Shown: positions 28,366 to 38,349, counted from the first letter of the stretch. The stretch is 64,000 nt of DNA from an uncultured Syntrophales bacterium (GCA_964454305.1 CAYVXX010000003.1:74-64073); one strand, 5' to 3'. Notes: generated by a model not told the origin, from the sequence alone. Program-made: numbers and translations.

Positions 28366-28757
28366 ATTGGTCGCCTCCGGTTGAATACCGATACGCTACT
28401 CAATCAATTTGGAACTTATCGACGCGTTTTGGTAAAAATACCCCTTTATATAAAAAGAAATATATCAAAATCATTATCGTATGTCAATCAAGTCTTTGCC
28501 GCAAAATGTGGGGTGTGGTGCCGATGTTTGTCGGGTGTAAATTGTGTTTATTACGAATTGAAAGGTTGTATACTCAACAAGGATAACGATTTGTTTGTTT
28601 CAGGAAGCTATAAACGAACGGGGAAACAGGATAAAGTCGGCCTCTAAATTGAGTACAGGGAATTAATATCATAACTTCGTCCGAGATGAATGGTATGTTT
28701 TCCGTCTTTCCGGGAGATAGAATGAAGAGGGCGGTTGGGAAAAACTCGAAGCCGCCT

Positions 28758-29741
28758 TTATAAGATGGGGGCGCTGGAATAAATAGGATCGTCTTCTCCG
28801 AGAATCATGCTCCATTCCAGGGAGGGATTGAAGGCAAGTGAAATGTCCGAGAGACTCGACCTGTTTTTGATGAGGTAGTTACAGGACGATAAAAGGAGGC
28901 AATCGATGACGGCGGTTTCCCCCTTCAGGTACGGGGAAAATTCACGGCTCTTGTGAGCCCCGCCCCGGGTGGCAACCCGGTCCGCGGCCGAAAGACGGGG
29001 AGACTCATCATAGAATATTACATTGTCGGGATATCGATTTTTCGCCCATTCGAGAAATTCAATCTCGTCGGTCGCAATAAAGACCTTGAATCTATCCTGT
29101 TTGTAACGTTTGGAAACGAGACCTATCTGTTCTTCAAAAAGAGCGTATGACGGGCTTTTATACGGATAGAGCAGTTTCTTGTCCGTTCCCCGGTAATGGA
29201 TGCCGATTATAAACTCGCCTGCCATATTAAGTAATCTAAACGTCTCGACTTTCTCCCGTATCGGTTCCTTTACCCTGATATATTTTAAAACAAGCTCCCC
29301 GATGTTTTTCATTTCTCCAGCCGCATTGATGGGGTAGGGGCGGGTTTTCGGATAATCGGGAAGAATGACACTACTCCATGATCTGTTCCACGCCCAGGGA
29401 CCATAACGGTATATCCAACTGTTGAAATGAATTTCCGGAGGCCGTGGAATGTCGTCTCTTAGCGTCATCTTCGGTTCGAAGTAGTATGCCCACCAGTTCT
29501 CTCCCCGTTCGGGGTCTACGTAGATGTCCGTCTGGAAATTTACATACACTCCCGCTGCGCGGTGTTGTTCCGCATAACGGAGCGCGCCGATCACGGCAAA
29601 AAAATCAGCAAAGAGCCCCTGTTTCATGCTGAGCAATCCCCACAGTGTATCCCGCCTGTTGTAAATGACCATGAGCTTTCCCTGTACGCCCGGCTCCGGT
29701 AAGGGGTTGCGGAAAACAGATTTTTTTTTCGGTGATGTCAT
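28758..29741 (-). CDS. putative glycosyltransferase (fucosyltransferase-superfamily-like)
   Basis: 327 aa. HxRxxD-type motif GIHYRGTDK, then FIATDE and VIDCLLLSSCNYLIKNRSSLS, as in GT11/GT23/O-FucT motifs I-III. Same motif pattern as the N-terminal half of 15916-17631. Confidence 0.4.
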   Translation of the reverse strand: MTSPKKKSVFRNPLPEPGVQGKLMVIYNRRDTLWGLLSMKQGLFADFFAVIGALRYAEQHRAAGVYVNFQTDIYVDPERGENWWAYYFEPKMTLRDDIPRPPEIHFNSWIYRYGPWAWNRSWSSVILPDYPKTRPYPINAAGEMKNIGELVLKYIRVKEPIREKVETFRLLNMAGEFIIGIHYRGTDKKLLYPYKSPSYALFEEQIGLVSKRYKQDRFKVFIATDEIEFLEWAKNRYPDNVIFYDESPRLSAADRVATRGGAHKSREFSPYLKGETAVIDCLLLSSCNYLIKNRSSLSDISLAFNPSLEWSMILGEDDPIYSSAPIL

Positions 29742-29794
29742 GTGAAATTCCCTTGAGTGATCGTCATTTCAGTGAATGCATTTGTTTACATTAG

Positions 29795-31606
29795 CTATAA
29801 TTTCTCGGAGGCAAGTTCCTCAAGGACACTTATGAGCTTTTCGTTGTCCAGACCGCTTCGAGATGCGATACGCACATAGTTCTTTCCGGAGAGGCCGGTC
29901 TTATTGCTGCAGTCTTTTATCAGGATAGCGTGGTCCATAAAAAGCCGGTCTCTGAGACTTCTGCCGGTGAATGGTTCTGAAACTTTTGCAAAGACATAGT
30001 TTGCCGAAGGCCGGTATGGTTTCAAAAAAGAAATCTTTTCTAATTTCTTGTACAGTTCGTCCCGGTCACGCCTTATGAGGTCACACGACTCCCGATAATC
30101 CTTCTCGAACTTTGGCATTGCTTCAAGAAATTGTTCCGCCAGGGAATTGATGTTCCATATGGGAACCGTGTCCCGAAGCCGTCTGATGATTTGTGGATTT
30201 GAGCAGAGCGCGTATCCGAGCCGTAGGCCGGGAACCCCGAACTCCTTACTAATGCTTCGAACCAGGATGACATTCGGATAACGATCTATTGCCTGGTGTG
30301 CCGAATACTTTTTCTCGGGAGCGACAAAGTCCATGAATGATTCATCGATGATAAGGCAGGCCTTATCCTTCAGTTTTTCGAGGATGAACTCCATCTCTTT
30401 CTCCTCGACAGAGAGGGACGTCGGATTGTTGGGGTTGATTATAAGGGCCGCGTCGGAGCCCGATTGTATCACGGCGTTTACATACCTTTCGGGATCGAGA
30501 CGAAAACCGTCCCTTTCCGTGTCGAAATAATTGATCTGTTCCGGCCTGAGCGTGTTCTCGTACTCGTTGAATGTCGGAATGGGGATTGTTATTTTTTTTA
30601 CAAAATGATTGTTCAGGGCTCTTATAATTTCCGAGGCGCCGTTACCGGCAACCAGCTGGTCGGCCTTGAGCGTAAGCGCCCGGGCAATGAGCTGGGTGAT
30701 TTTAGTCATACCGCTGGGATAGTTCCGGATCAGGAGCGGGAAGGCCGATGTGAGCATGTTCATCAGGGCAGGGGAGGGATAATAGGGGTTGTAGAGATAG
30801 CAAAAATCGAGAAAATCGTACCGCCAGAATCCGCCGTGGAGTTGATCTATCTGTTCCAGTTTCTTCTCTTTTGATGAAAGGTGGTAACTTGCGCGGGCAA
30901 GGTCGGACTCGTCATCGATTTCAAACCACTTGATCCCGTCGACGACGGTACCGTAAATTTCAGGCTTCCCGTAATAGATCAGTGCGCCGAGAATAATCTC
31001 ATAGTATTCGGTGATTGATTGGGTTTTCACGTAGAGATCGAGGTGGGGCACAAAATATCTTTGCAGGAATTCTTTCGAGAAATAGTAAACATTTACGGTC
31101 TTGTATTTATCGGAGAAGTCGAAACCGGGGTGTTGATCGCGCGACGGGATCAGCCGTCGAATGATATTATCCGGCGACATTTCGACGACCGTTCCATCCA
31201 TGTGAGGTTGAAACCTGTCGAGGAGTACCGTGCACGACTCTCTTTCACTCAAAAGCTTATCGATCAGGGTTCCCTCGAAGTAGACATCGCTTTCGAGGAG
31301 GATCGTATCACGGTTCAAATGGTCTTTTGCAAACCAGAGCGAATAGACGTTATTAGTGGTATTGTATTCGAGATTTTCCACATACGATATCCTCATCTTT
31401 CCGAAACGATCGCCGACCGTTTCGTATACCTTTTCCCTCAGGTATCCGACAATCAGAATCGTCTCTTCAATACCGTAACTTTCGAGGATTTCCAGGGTAT
31501 TGACAAGAATTGGCTTGCCGTTTACCTCGACCAGGCACTTTGGAACAAAGTCGGTGAGCGGACGGAGCCGCTTCCCGATTCCGGCGGCAAGGATCACAGC
31601 TTGCAT
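29795..31606 (-). CDS. fusion protein: nucleotidyltransferase (N) + class I/II PLP enzyme of HisC/CobD type (C)
   Basis: N-terminus MQAVILAAGIGKRLRPLTDFVPKCLVEVNGKPIL. C-terminal ~330 aa has PLP-lysine motif VRSISKEFGVPGLRLGYA and NPNNPT. ATG at 31606 preferred over the TTG at 31642. Confidence 0.75.
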   Translation of the reverse strand: MQAVILAAGIGKRLRPLTDFVPKCLVEVNGKPILVNTLEILESYGIEETILIVGYLREKVYETVGDRFGKMRISYVENLEYNTTNNVYSLWFAKDHLNRDTILLESDVYFEGTLIDKLLSERESCTVLLDRFQPHMDGTVVEMSPDNIIRRLIPSRDQHPGFDFSDKYKTVNVYYFSKEFLQRYFVPHLDLYVKTQSITEYYEIILGALIYYGKPEIYGTVVDGIKWFEIDDESDLARASYHLSSKEKKLEQIDQLHGGFWRYDFLDFCYLYNPYYPSPALMNMLTSAFPLLIRNYPSGMTKITQLIARALTLKADQLVAGNGASEIIRALNNHFVKKITIPIPTFNEYENTLRPEQINYFDTERDGFRLDPERYVNAVIQSGSDAALIINPNNPTSLSVEEKEMEFILEKLKDKACLIIDESFMDFVAPEKKYSAHQAIDRYPNVILVRSISKEFGVPGLRLGYALCSNPQIIRRLRDTVPIWNINSLAEQFLEAMPKFEKDYRESCDLIRRDRDELYKKLEKISFLKPYRPSANYVFAKVSEPFTGRSLRDRLFMDHAILIKDCSNKTGLSGKNYVRIASRSGLDNEKLISVLEELASEKL

Positions 31607-31813
31607 GAGAGTTTGCCCTTTCTTTTTAAGATATGTCGTCAATATCCCGCTCAGATGGCTTTGTTTCGCCGGGTGATGCCGGGATATTTTTCGAACTCTT
31701 TCCGGTGCTGAAAGTTTTTACCCGTTATGTAGTTCTTGATATGCCTGGTGATGTATAGTAATCTCCAACATCGAATACCGAATTAAATTTTAACATATCA
31801 TATCTGCTGCCCT

Positions 31814-32875
31814 ATGAAAAGATTAGCGTTTATAGATCATTCCGTTCACCGCAAAACATTATCCTCCCAATTTTTTATCGATTTGTTAGAAAAGACGTTT
31901 GTCGTTGACGTCTTCTGGTGCGATTCATGGAAAACAGGAAAATTCGATCAGTTGGAAAAATTCGATCCCGCCGGATATGATGTGATCGTTTTCTTCCAGG
32001 TGATGTATCCTCTTGATAAGATAAAGGGGTTGAAGGACAAGTGTATTTTTGTGCCCATGTTTGACGGTGCACGCAATGACAGCGACCTTTTCTGGTTCAA
32101 ATACAGGGAGTTCAGGTTTATCAGTTTTTCAGAAACCCTGCATCGCCGGCTGAGAAGGCTGCGGATAAATTCACTCCATGTACGGTACTATCCCGCTTTT
32201 GAGCCGATGGATAGTGATGATTCTGATAGCAATCCTGAAGGTCTCACCGCTTTTTTTTTAGAAAGAACCCCGGAAATATCCTGGAATGTAGTAAAAAGAC
32301 TGGTTGAAGGAAGCGGGATTTCAACCATGTATTATCACAATCCCTTTGCTCGGGAAGAAGGAATGAATATCCCCGATAGAGAAAGTATTTCCCGTTATGG
32401 TATCACCTTTAGCGACTGGTTTGAGTCGAGGGAGGACTATCTTATGCTGGTAAAGTCTGCTCGCATCTATTTCGCGCCGAGGTTGTACGAAGGAATCGGC
32501 ATGACCTTTCTTGAGGCCATGGCGCTGGGCAGGTGTGTTGTTGCGCCGAACCACCCGACGATGAACGAGTATATAACCGATGGCATAAACGGTATTCTAT
32601 ATAATCCCAGATTCCCCAAGCCGATAAATTTTGATAATGTGGGGAAGATTTGCGAAGCGGCAGCCCGGTCTTCGAGAGAAGGTCTGGCCGAATGGCGAGA
32701 TAAGGAAAATGAAATTATCGGATTCATTAACGATGACAAACCGTACACCGATACCGGCACTGCTTATCTTTTTATAAGGAGTCTCCTGACCACGGCCGTC
32801 GTCAGGCCCTGGAGGTCCATGGGCAAACTGTTCGATCGATTCTGGTTTTATCTTATAAGGAAGGGTATCATTTGA
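31814..32875 (+). CDS. glycosyltransferase (GT-B, GT4-like C-terminal domain)
   Basis: C-terminal Glycos_transf_1-type motif EGIGMTFLEAMALGRCVVAPNHPTMNEYITDGINGILY. Confidence 0.7.
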   Translation: MKRLAFIDHSVHRKTLSSQFFIDLLEKTFVVDVFWCDSWKTGKFDQLEKFDPAGYDVIVFFQVMYPLDKIKGLKDKCIFVPMFDGARNDSDLFWFKYREFRFISFSETLHRRLRRLRINSLHVRYYPAFEPMDSDDSDSNPEGLTAFFLERTPEISWNVVKRLVEGSGISTMYYHNPFAREEGMNIPDRESISRYGITFSDWFESREDYLMLVKSARIYFAPRLYEGIGMTFLEAMALGRCVVAPNHPTMNEYITDGINGILYNPRFPKPINFDNVGKICEAAARSSREGLAEWRDKENEIIGFINDDKPYTDTGTAYLFIRSLLTTAVVRPWRSMGKLFDRFWFYLIRKGII

Positions 32876-33984
32876 GAAAAATCCTTTTGACCACACCATA
32901 TGACCTCGCCGTTGAGGGCGGAGTGAACAATCAGTTATGGGGACTGTACCGCTCGCTGAAAAAGGTAGCCGGATACGAGGTACGGGTGATCGGCCCCAGC
33001 TCGGATACTGCCAGCCACGACTGCCCCGACCTGATTGTGATGGGTGCGGTCTTTTCCATGCCCCTGAACAGGGCCATGTCCAACATAACCCCTGATATTC
33101 GAATCCTGTCCCGGGTTAAGGCCCTTCTGAAGGAATTCCGGCCCGATATTGTTCACCTTCAGGAGCCGCTCCTGCCGATATTGAATACCCTCGTTCTTTA
33201 TTACTCTCGTGGTGTTAATGTCGGTACATACCATACCTATTCCGAGACCAGCAGGGGTTATGACTATTGGAGGCCCGTATTGAAATGGCATCATAAGAGG
33301 GTTCACGTGAAGATCGCGGTCTCCGACGCCGCCGGCCGGTTCGTGGCACGGACGTTCCCCGATACCTATCACATCATTCCTAATGCGGTGGAGATGCCCG
33401 CCGCGCTGCCGTCAGATCTAAAACCCGTCCCGTTTGGAAAACGAAAAAAGACAATCCTTTTTGTAGGTCGGATGAATGAACCCCGTAAAGGCTTTTATCA
33501 CCTCCTTGATGCCCACCGATTGCTCGATATGGTTTTCCCGGGAGAATATCGCCTTGTTGTAGCGGGTCCGGGACGGGAAAGCCTGGAGATGGAGGACACA
33601 AAGGGGGAAATAAACTGGCTTGGCAGAATCTCGGAGGAAGAGCTTCGTCAAGCCTATGCCTCCTGCGACATTGTCTGTACCCCTTCACTGGGGGGCGAGA
33701 GCTTCGGTATAACCCTTCTGGAAGCGTTTGCCCACGGTAAACCGGTGGTTGCATCGGATATCGTAGGCTACCGTGAATTTGCCGGAGATTCCGGGGCTGC
33801 ATTGCTCGTTCAGCCGGGCAGTAGCCGGTCTCTGGCGAACGGCATTGTTCAGGTCCTGGGTAATGAAGGGAAATATCTTAAAATGTCGGCTGCTGCCCGG
33901 GCGCTGGCGCAAAGACACGAGTGGTCAACCGTGACAGCGCGTATCATTGCGCTCTACGATTCGGCACTCGCTGAAAGAAAGTGA
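32872..33984 (+). CDS. GT4 glycosyltransferase (PimA-like)
   Basis: GGVNNQLWGL near the N-terminus. GGESFGITLLEAFAHGKPVVASDIVGYREF E-x7-E region. TTG start overlaps the upstream stop (TTGA). Confidence 0.8.
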   Translation: MRKILLTTPYDLAVEGGVNNQLWGLYRSLKKVAGYEVRVIGPSSDTASHDCPDLIVMGAVFSMPLNRAMSNITPDIRILSRVKALLKEFRPDIVHLQEPLLPILNTLVLYYSRGVNVGTYHTYSETSRGYDYWRPVLKWHHKRVHVKIAVSDAAGRFVARTFPDTYHIIPNAVEMPAALPSDLKPVPFGKRKKTILFVGRMNEPRKGFYHLLDAHRLLDMVFPGEYRLVVAGPGRESLEMEDTKGEINWLGRISEEELRQAYASCDIVCTPSLGGESFGITLLEAFAHGKPVVASDIVGYREFAGDSGAALLVQPGSSRSLANGIVQVLGNEGKYLKMSAAARALAQRHEWSTVTARIIALYDSALAERK

Positions 33985-34027
33985 AACTTCCCTCACTTTT
34001 AACTATTATTGAGATGTGTGAGGTTTT

Positions 34028-34918
34028 GTGAAGACATTGATCCATTGCTGGAGAGAGCTTAAGCCCGTTGACCGTGCGCTGATTTCTTTTTTTCTCGTTC
34101 TTAACGGGTTGATCGTAATTTTTCACGGCAATCTGCCCCGCTGGCCCTGGCACCTAACAAAACACTTTCTTATCTGTTTTCTTATTCTGGTTTTGGTTCC
34201 ACTCATCCAGTCGCGAAAGACCCGATGTGCCCATTTTACCCGCCAGTGGTATCCCGTCGTTTCGATCCCGTTTATCTACTGGAATATGGCGTATTTTATA
34301 CACCTGGTCTTCCCCGGCGAATTCGATCCGCTGATAATTTCAGCGGAAACAGCCATTTTCGGCGTGCTGCCGAATATCCCTGTGCAGAAACTGGTCACGC
34401 CGGTTCTTACGGAAGTTATGCAGGTGTTCTATGCCACATACTGGTTTATGATACCGTCCGGTGCGGCGCTTCTCTATTTCGGCAATCGCGAGGATACATA
34501 TGATTCGTATCTCTATTACATGACGTTGACTTTTTTTGCTTCGTGCCTTGTATTTATTCTGTTTCCCGTTGCCGGCCCCCGATTTTTCATTGTTGACCAG
34601 ATTTTAGCGGAATACCGTGGACTCTTCATAACCGGATTCCTTCGCCGGTTCGTGGAGGATGCAGGCCTGCGGGGATGTGCATTTCCAAGCGCACACGTTG
34701 CCGTTGCCGTGGTAGTCATGAGCTTTGTCCGGATTGAGTACCCCCGGCTTGCCGGACGGGTCTTCCTGCCCCTTGTCGTGGGGCTTTCACTTGCAACGAT
34801 CTACGGGCAATACCATTATCTGACCGATGTAGCGGCGGGACTTGCTTTGGGTGTTGTCGTCAGCATGATCGGGGTAAGGAATGTACGGAAGATGTTACAA
34901 AGAGATGAAAAAGGGTGA
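34028..34918 (+). CDS. PAP2-superfamily polytopic membrane protein, sphingomyelin/IPC-synthase-like
   Basis: Multiple TM helices. PAP2 C2 motif FPSAHVAV and C3 motif YGQYHYLTDVAAGLALG (H-Y-x-x-D-V as in SMS/AUR1-type phosphosphingolipid synthases). GTG start. Confidence 0.6.
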   Translation: MKTLIHCWRELKPVDRALISFFLVLNGLIVIFHGNLPRWPWHLTKHFLICFLILVLVPLIQSRKTRCAHFTRQWYPVVSIPFIYWNMAYFIHLVFPGEFDPLIISAETAIFGVLPNIPVQKLVTPVLTEVMQVFYATYWFMIPSGAALLYFGNREDTYDSYLYYMTLTFFASCLVFILFPVAGPRFFIVDQILAEYRGLFITGFLRRFVEDAGLRGCAFPSAHVAVAVVVMSFVRIEYPRLAGRVFLPLVVGLSLATIYGQYHYLTDVAAGLALGVVVSMIGVRNVRKMLQRDEKG

Positions 34919-34929
34919 TTGATGTAGAT

Positions 34930-36069
34930 TCAGAAGAGCTCGGCAGGATCCGCTTTCATGACCTTTCTTACGGCCAGACCGCCGGCAAAGCCGCACATCA
35001 ATACGGTCAGAATACATATAAGGGCGATTCGTCCTGCCGTTAGAAACATATTGATCCTGGTGAAATGTTCTATAGTTGTATACAGAATCCATCCTCCTAA
35101 TAAGCCGGGGAAAAACCCGAGCAGAGAGAGCACGAGAGCAATTTTCATAACGATACTTATCACATAGAGGTTTGGAAACCCGATAGCTTTCAGGGTGGCG
35201 TATTGCGGCAAGTTGTCGGTTACTTCGTTAAAGAGGATTTGATAACAGATCATTACCCCGATGACGAATCCGATGACAAGGCCTGTTCCGAAGATAATTC
35301 CGAAAGGAGTTGCTTTGGTGAAGAAACGGACGTCGCGTTCTCTCAGTTCTCCCGGAGTCATGGCAATTATTTCTTCCGGATTCAGGGAGACTATTCGGGC
35401 CTTTAAATCTTTCAGATCAACGCCGGGTTTCACACGAATCAAGCCGAAAGAAATCTGATCGGATCTTGATGATGTATGAGTCAACCAGTTCGTATCACTC
35501 ATGATGATATAGCCGTTTCTGGCAAAGTTAGGCCCTAATTTGATAACTCCGCCTACCTTGTAAATACTGTCGGAGAGCTCAATGTCCATACCTTCCCTGA
35601 TATTTCCGTAAACCGATCGTGATCGGGAGTCATAGAGGACGGCATTTTTCTTCTTCAATATATCCTGATATAGCTTAAGCTCCGGTATGGTGAAGGGAGG
35701 GGTGCCGATGGGGAAGGCAATTATTGCGATTCGATGGACCATATCTGTTTCAGGGTTTCGGAGACGCAGATTACCTTCGTAAACAGGGATAACCTCCGTC
35801 ACCCCGTCAAAGGGAGCGACCTGGTAGAGATATGCCCGATTTATTCTATTGGATTTCATCATATTGACTTTGCTCTTGTGCATCATGACGAGATCCGCGT
35901 TATACAGGGGCGGCAAGTTGGCCTGACTGTCATTGAACCCGTTAAAAAACCCCAGTTCCAGAAACATGGTAATCACCGAAAAGGCAATCCCGGCTAACGA
36001 AAGTGCGAGTCGCCGCCTGTCGTGAGTCAGTATCTTCCATTCAATATGTATTTTTTTTACCTTTTCCAT
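34930..36069 (-). CDS. devC: DevC-family ABC exporter permease (FtsX/MacB-type), paralogue 2
   Basis: N-terminus ...RRLALSLAGIAFSVITMFLELGFFNGF, large periplasmic domain, C-terminal FtsX 4-TM region ending KADPAELF. Confidence 0.85.
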   Translation of the reverse strand: MEKVKKIHIEWKILTHDRRRLALSLAGIAFSVITMFLELGFFNGFNDSQANLPPLYNADLVMMHKSKVNMMKSNRINRAYLYQVAPFDGVTEVIPVYEGNLRLRNPETDMVHRIAIIAFPIGTPPFTIPELKLYQDILKKKNAVLYDSRSRSVYGNIREGMDIELSDSIYKVGGVIKLGPNFARNGYIIMSDTNWLTHTSSRSDQISFGLIRVKPGVDLKDLKARIVSLNPEEIIAMTPGELRERDVRFFTKATPFGIIFGTGLVIGFVIGVMICYQILFNEVTDNLPQYATLKAIGFPNLYVISIVMKIALVLSLLGFFPGLLGGWILYTTIEHFTRINMFLTAGRIALICILTVLMCGFAGGLAVRKVMKADPAELF

Positions 36070-36073
36070 ACGC

Positions 36074-37201
36074 TTAAAATAGCTCGGCAGGATCCGCCTT
36101 CCTTACTTTTTGGAGTGCCAGAAAACCCGGGATAATACACATCAGAAGGGTTATGAAGAAAACGAAACCCGCCAATCCGAGGGTAAACTCTGCCGGGAGT
36201 TTTGCCTTTATACGAAGAAAATGAAAAAGGCCGATAGTAATCGCCAATGCCGGCATGTATCCCATAAAGGCAAACAGAAAGGCCTGCGTGAATCCTATAT
36301 TATATATATTTTTGGTGGTAAAACCCATGGCCTTCAACGTCGCATACTCGTTCAGTTTGTTGGTAATTTCTGTGACCAGTACCTGAAACAGAATGACGGA
36401 ACCGATGATGAAAGCGATAATCACGCCCACCTGAAACATTATGCCGACCGGGAGGACGTAGATGAAATAATCCTGCTCATTGGTGATCAGTTTCTGTCGA
36501 TCAAAGATCAGCACGTCATCCGGAAGATTTTCCTTCAAATTCCTTTTAATCGTGGTAATGTCTGCCCCCGGCGCCACCCTGATCAAGCCGAAATTTACCA
36601 TTCTTGCGTCGCGACGGACAAGGCTTTGGAAAGTTTGATTGTTCACAAATACAGCGCCGTCATTATAGAAACGCATTCCCATGGTGAACAGAGATGTGAC
36701 GGTAATATCCACATCGTTGATTCTGGCCTCGCTATTTTTTTTCAGCGGACCGTATTCCTCGGTCGAGAGGGTATCAAGCATGACAGTCCTTGTTTTGGTG
36801 ATGGTATCGAGATTCGACTTTACCCCCGTATTGCGAATGAATGATGGGTTCGGGTCAATTCCTATGAGTATTACTCCCGAGGTAATCTCAGTTTCCGGAT
36901 TTTTCCATTCTCCTTCCCCGATATTTAGGGGCATGACGTCTTTTACGCCGGGGACGACCATGGCCTGAATTAAGCGGGCCTTGTCAAAGCTTCCGCTTGA
37001 TGTGAGAAATTCATATCTGTCAGAGGTCATGATCAGATCAAAGTCGAGATATTGATAGAGGAGTGTTGAGCCCCGTTTGCCTGTTTCAAGAAATCCCACT
37101 TGCATGAAAATCAGAAGGACGGAGAACGCAATCCCGGCTACGGCGGAAAAGGTTCGTTTCTTATTGTGGAAGGTATTGTTCCAGGCGTAAGGTACCCGCA
37201 T
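36074..37201 (-). CDS. devC: DevC-family ABC exporter permease (FtsX/MacB-type), paralogue 1
   Basis: N-terminus MRVPYAWNNTFHNKKRTFSAVAGIAFSVLLIFMQVGFLETG. Same architecture; also ends KADPAELF. 4-nt gap to paralogue 2. Confidence 0.85.
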   Translation of the reverse strand: MRVPYAWNNTFHNKKRTFSAVAGIAFSVLLIFMQVGFLETGKRGSTLLYQYLDFDLIMTSDRYEFLTSSGSFDKARLIQAMVVPGVKDVMPLNIGEGEWKNPETEITSGVILIGIDPNPSFIRNTGVKSNLDTITKTRTVMLDTLSTEEYGPLKKNSEARINDVDITVTSLFTMGMRFYNDGAVFVNNQTFQSLVRRDARMVNFGLIRVAPGADITTIKRNLKENLPDDVLIFDRQKLITNEQDYFIYVLPVGIMFQVGVIIAFIIGSVILFQVLVTEITNKLNEYATLKAMGFTTKNIYNIGFTQAFLFAFMGYMPALAITIGLFHFLRIKAKLPAEFTLGLAGFVFFITLLMCIIPGFLALQKVRKADPAELF

Positions 37202-37248
37202 AACGTTTCGACCTGTCGTATATTTTATTTATTTTATCAAGACCGCAC

Positions 37249-38349
37249 TTATAAAATGCCATCCCCGCTTTTTATCAAAGAGGGGCGCTTTATTATGTTT
37301 TTACGGAGATCCAGAAAGATAACAATACCTCCCAGAAAAGCCGCTAAAATGGTGGTAGAAAATCGCAACAGGATCGCGAATAATATCAGAATGTCCTGTG
37401 GTATTATATGTCCCAGAAGCCATACGGAAGAAACCTCTTCGATTCCTGACGCGCCGGGTGTCGGGGCAAAATAGTTCAGAAAATAGATTATGATCTGCAA
37501 TCCGATAATTGAACCGAGAGGGACATCCGGCAGGAATACCCGGGCAATTACGTAACCTATCAGAAATTTATTACAGAAAAGGACCGGCGTGATTATAAAG
37601 GTTGCGGCGATGACCGCTTTCTTTTCCTTCCGGAGACGGGCAAAGTCTTCCGTAAATCGGTGTGTACCCTTCTGCAAGAGCCCTAAGGAGAGGTCTTTTA
37701 ATCTTTCCAGCCCGCCAAAACTAAAGGGGATCAGTCTGAAAACGAATTTAACCGAGTTCTCTGCTATCGAAGGAAACAGGAGGATAGAAAAAAGCGCGGC
37801 AGAGAGCACTCCAAAGACAATAAACCCTCCGCGAATCAACTTTTCCATCTGGCTTCCAAAGAGACCTTCAGGGAAAACGTAAAGAACAGTAATACTGGCA
37901 ATTAAAAAAAAGAACAAAGTTGCAATAAAGGTTATTACGGAAACGAGCATACTCTGGGATATTTTCACCCCGCATCTCCAGAGGATATAGAGCTGTGCCG
38001 GACCGCCTCCTGTCCTGAAGGGGGTTACCGCTCCCATAAAACAGTTTGCCCAGTTTGAACGCATGCAGTTCCAAAGCGAGACACAGGGCAATATGGTCCC
38101 GTCAAAAAACAGCCGGAAACGAATGCCGCCGAGTATATAATCGACCACGACTAAAGGTATTACCAGTCCCACAAATGCCCAGTTTAGATTGTATTCCAGG
38201 ACCCGGGAATGGTCGGGTGTTTTCCACCAGAGAGCGATTCCAACCCCGACGACGGTAAATATGATGAACCACTGCATGCCCCGGAAAAGGATTTTACGTG
38301 AAGGTAACAAATCAGTTGTAAGAGAGTTATTCTGCATAACGACGAACAT
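37249..38349 (-). CDS. UPF0104 / lysyl-PG-synthase-TM-like (flippase-like) membrane protein
   Basis: 366 aa, about 8 TM helices. Family-typical motif FLNYFAPTPGASGIEE near the C-terminus. Confidence 0.55.
   Translation of the reverse strand: MFVVMQNNSLTTDLLPSRKILFRGMQWFIIFTVVGVGIALWWKTPDHSRVLEYNLNWAFVGLVIPLVVVDYILGGIRFRLFFDGTILPCVSLWNCMRSNWANCFMGAVTPFRTGGGPAQLYILWRCGVKISQSMLVSVITFIATLFFFLIASITVLYVFPEGLFGSQMEKLIRGGFIVFGVLSAALFSILLFPSIAENSVKFVFRLIPFSFGGLERLKDLSLGLLQKGTHRFTEDFARLRKEKKAVIAATFIITPVLFCNKFLIGYVIARVFLPDVPLGSIIGLQIIIYFLNYFAPTPGASGIEEVSSVWLLGHIIPQDILILFAILLRFSTTILAAFLGGIVIFLDLRKNIIKRPSLIKSGDGIL

Noticed and set aside
25970-28370. The FIST/GGDEF segment as a horizontally acquired GC-rich islet inside the cluster.
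   Set aside because: Hand counts of single 60-nt lines gave 28-40 G+C of 60 in this segment, versus 24-26 of 60 in the Stealth and GT-like genes. But a line in the AEP transaminase gene gave 33 of 60 and the PKS also looks GC-rich. Composition is therefore heterogeneous across the whole locus and not diagnostic without a proper sliding-window or codon analysis.
27279-28647. Plus-strand ORFs 27279-28088 (269 aa), 28027-28647 (206 aa) and others opposite the FIST/GGDEF genes.
   Set aside because: They are antisense to ORFs with clear FIST and GGDEF motifs. Their translations have no recognisable domains and are biased toward Arg, His, Pro and Gly.
36110-36844. 244-aa plus-strand ORF opposite devC paralogue 1; similarly 31019-31711 (230 aa), 50633-51391 (252 aa), 58264-58899 (211 aa), 62464-63150 (228 aa), 16378-17373 and 22089-22496.
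   Set aside because: Each lies antisense to a gene with strong family signatures (DevC, NT/PLP fusion, TbpB-like repeats, SDR, Rel, GT-FkbM, PEP mutase). None shows its own motifs or a plausible RBS.
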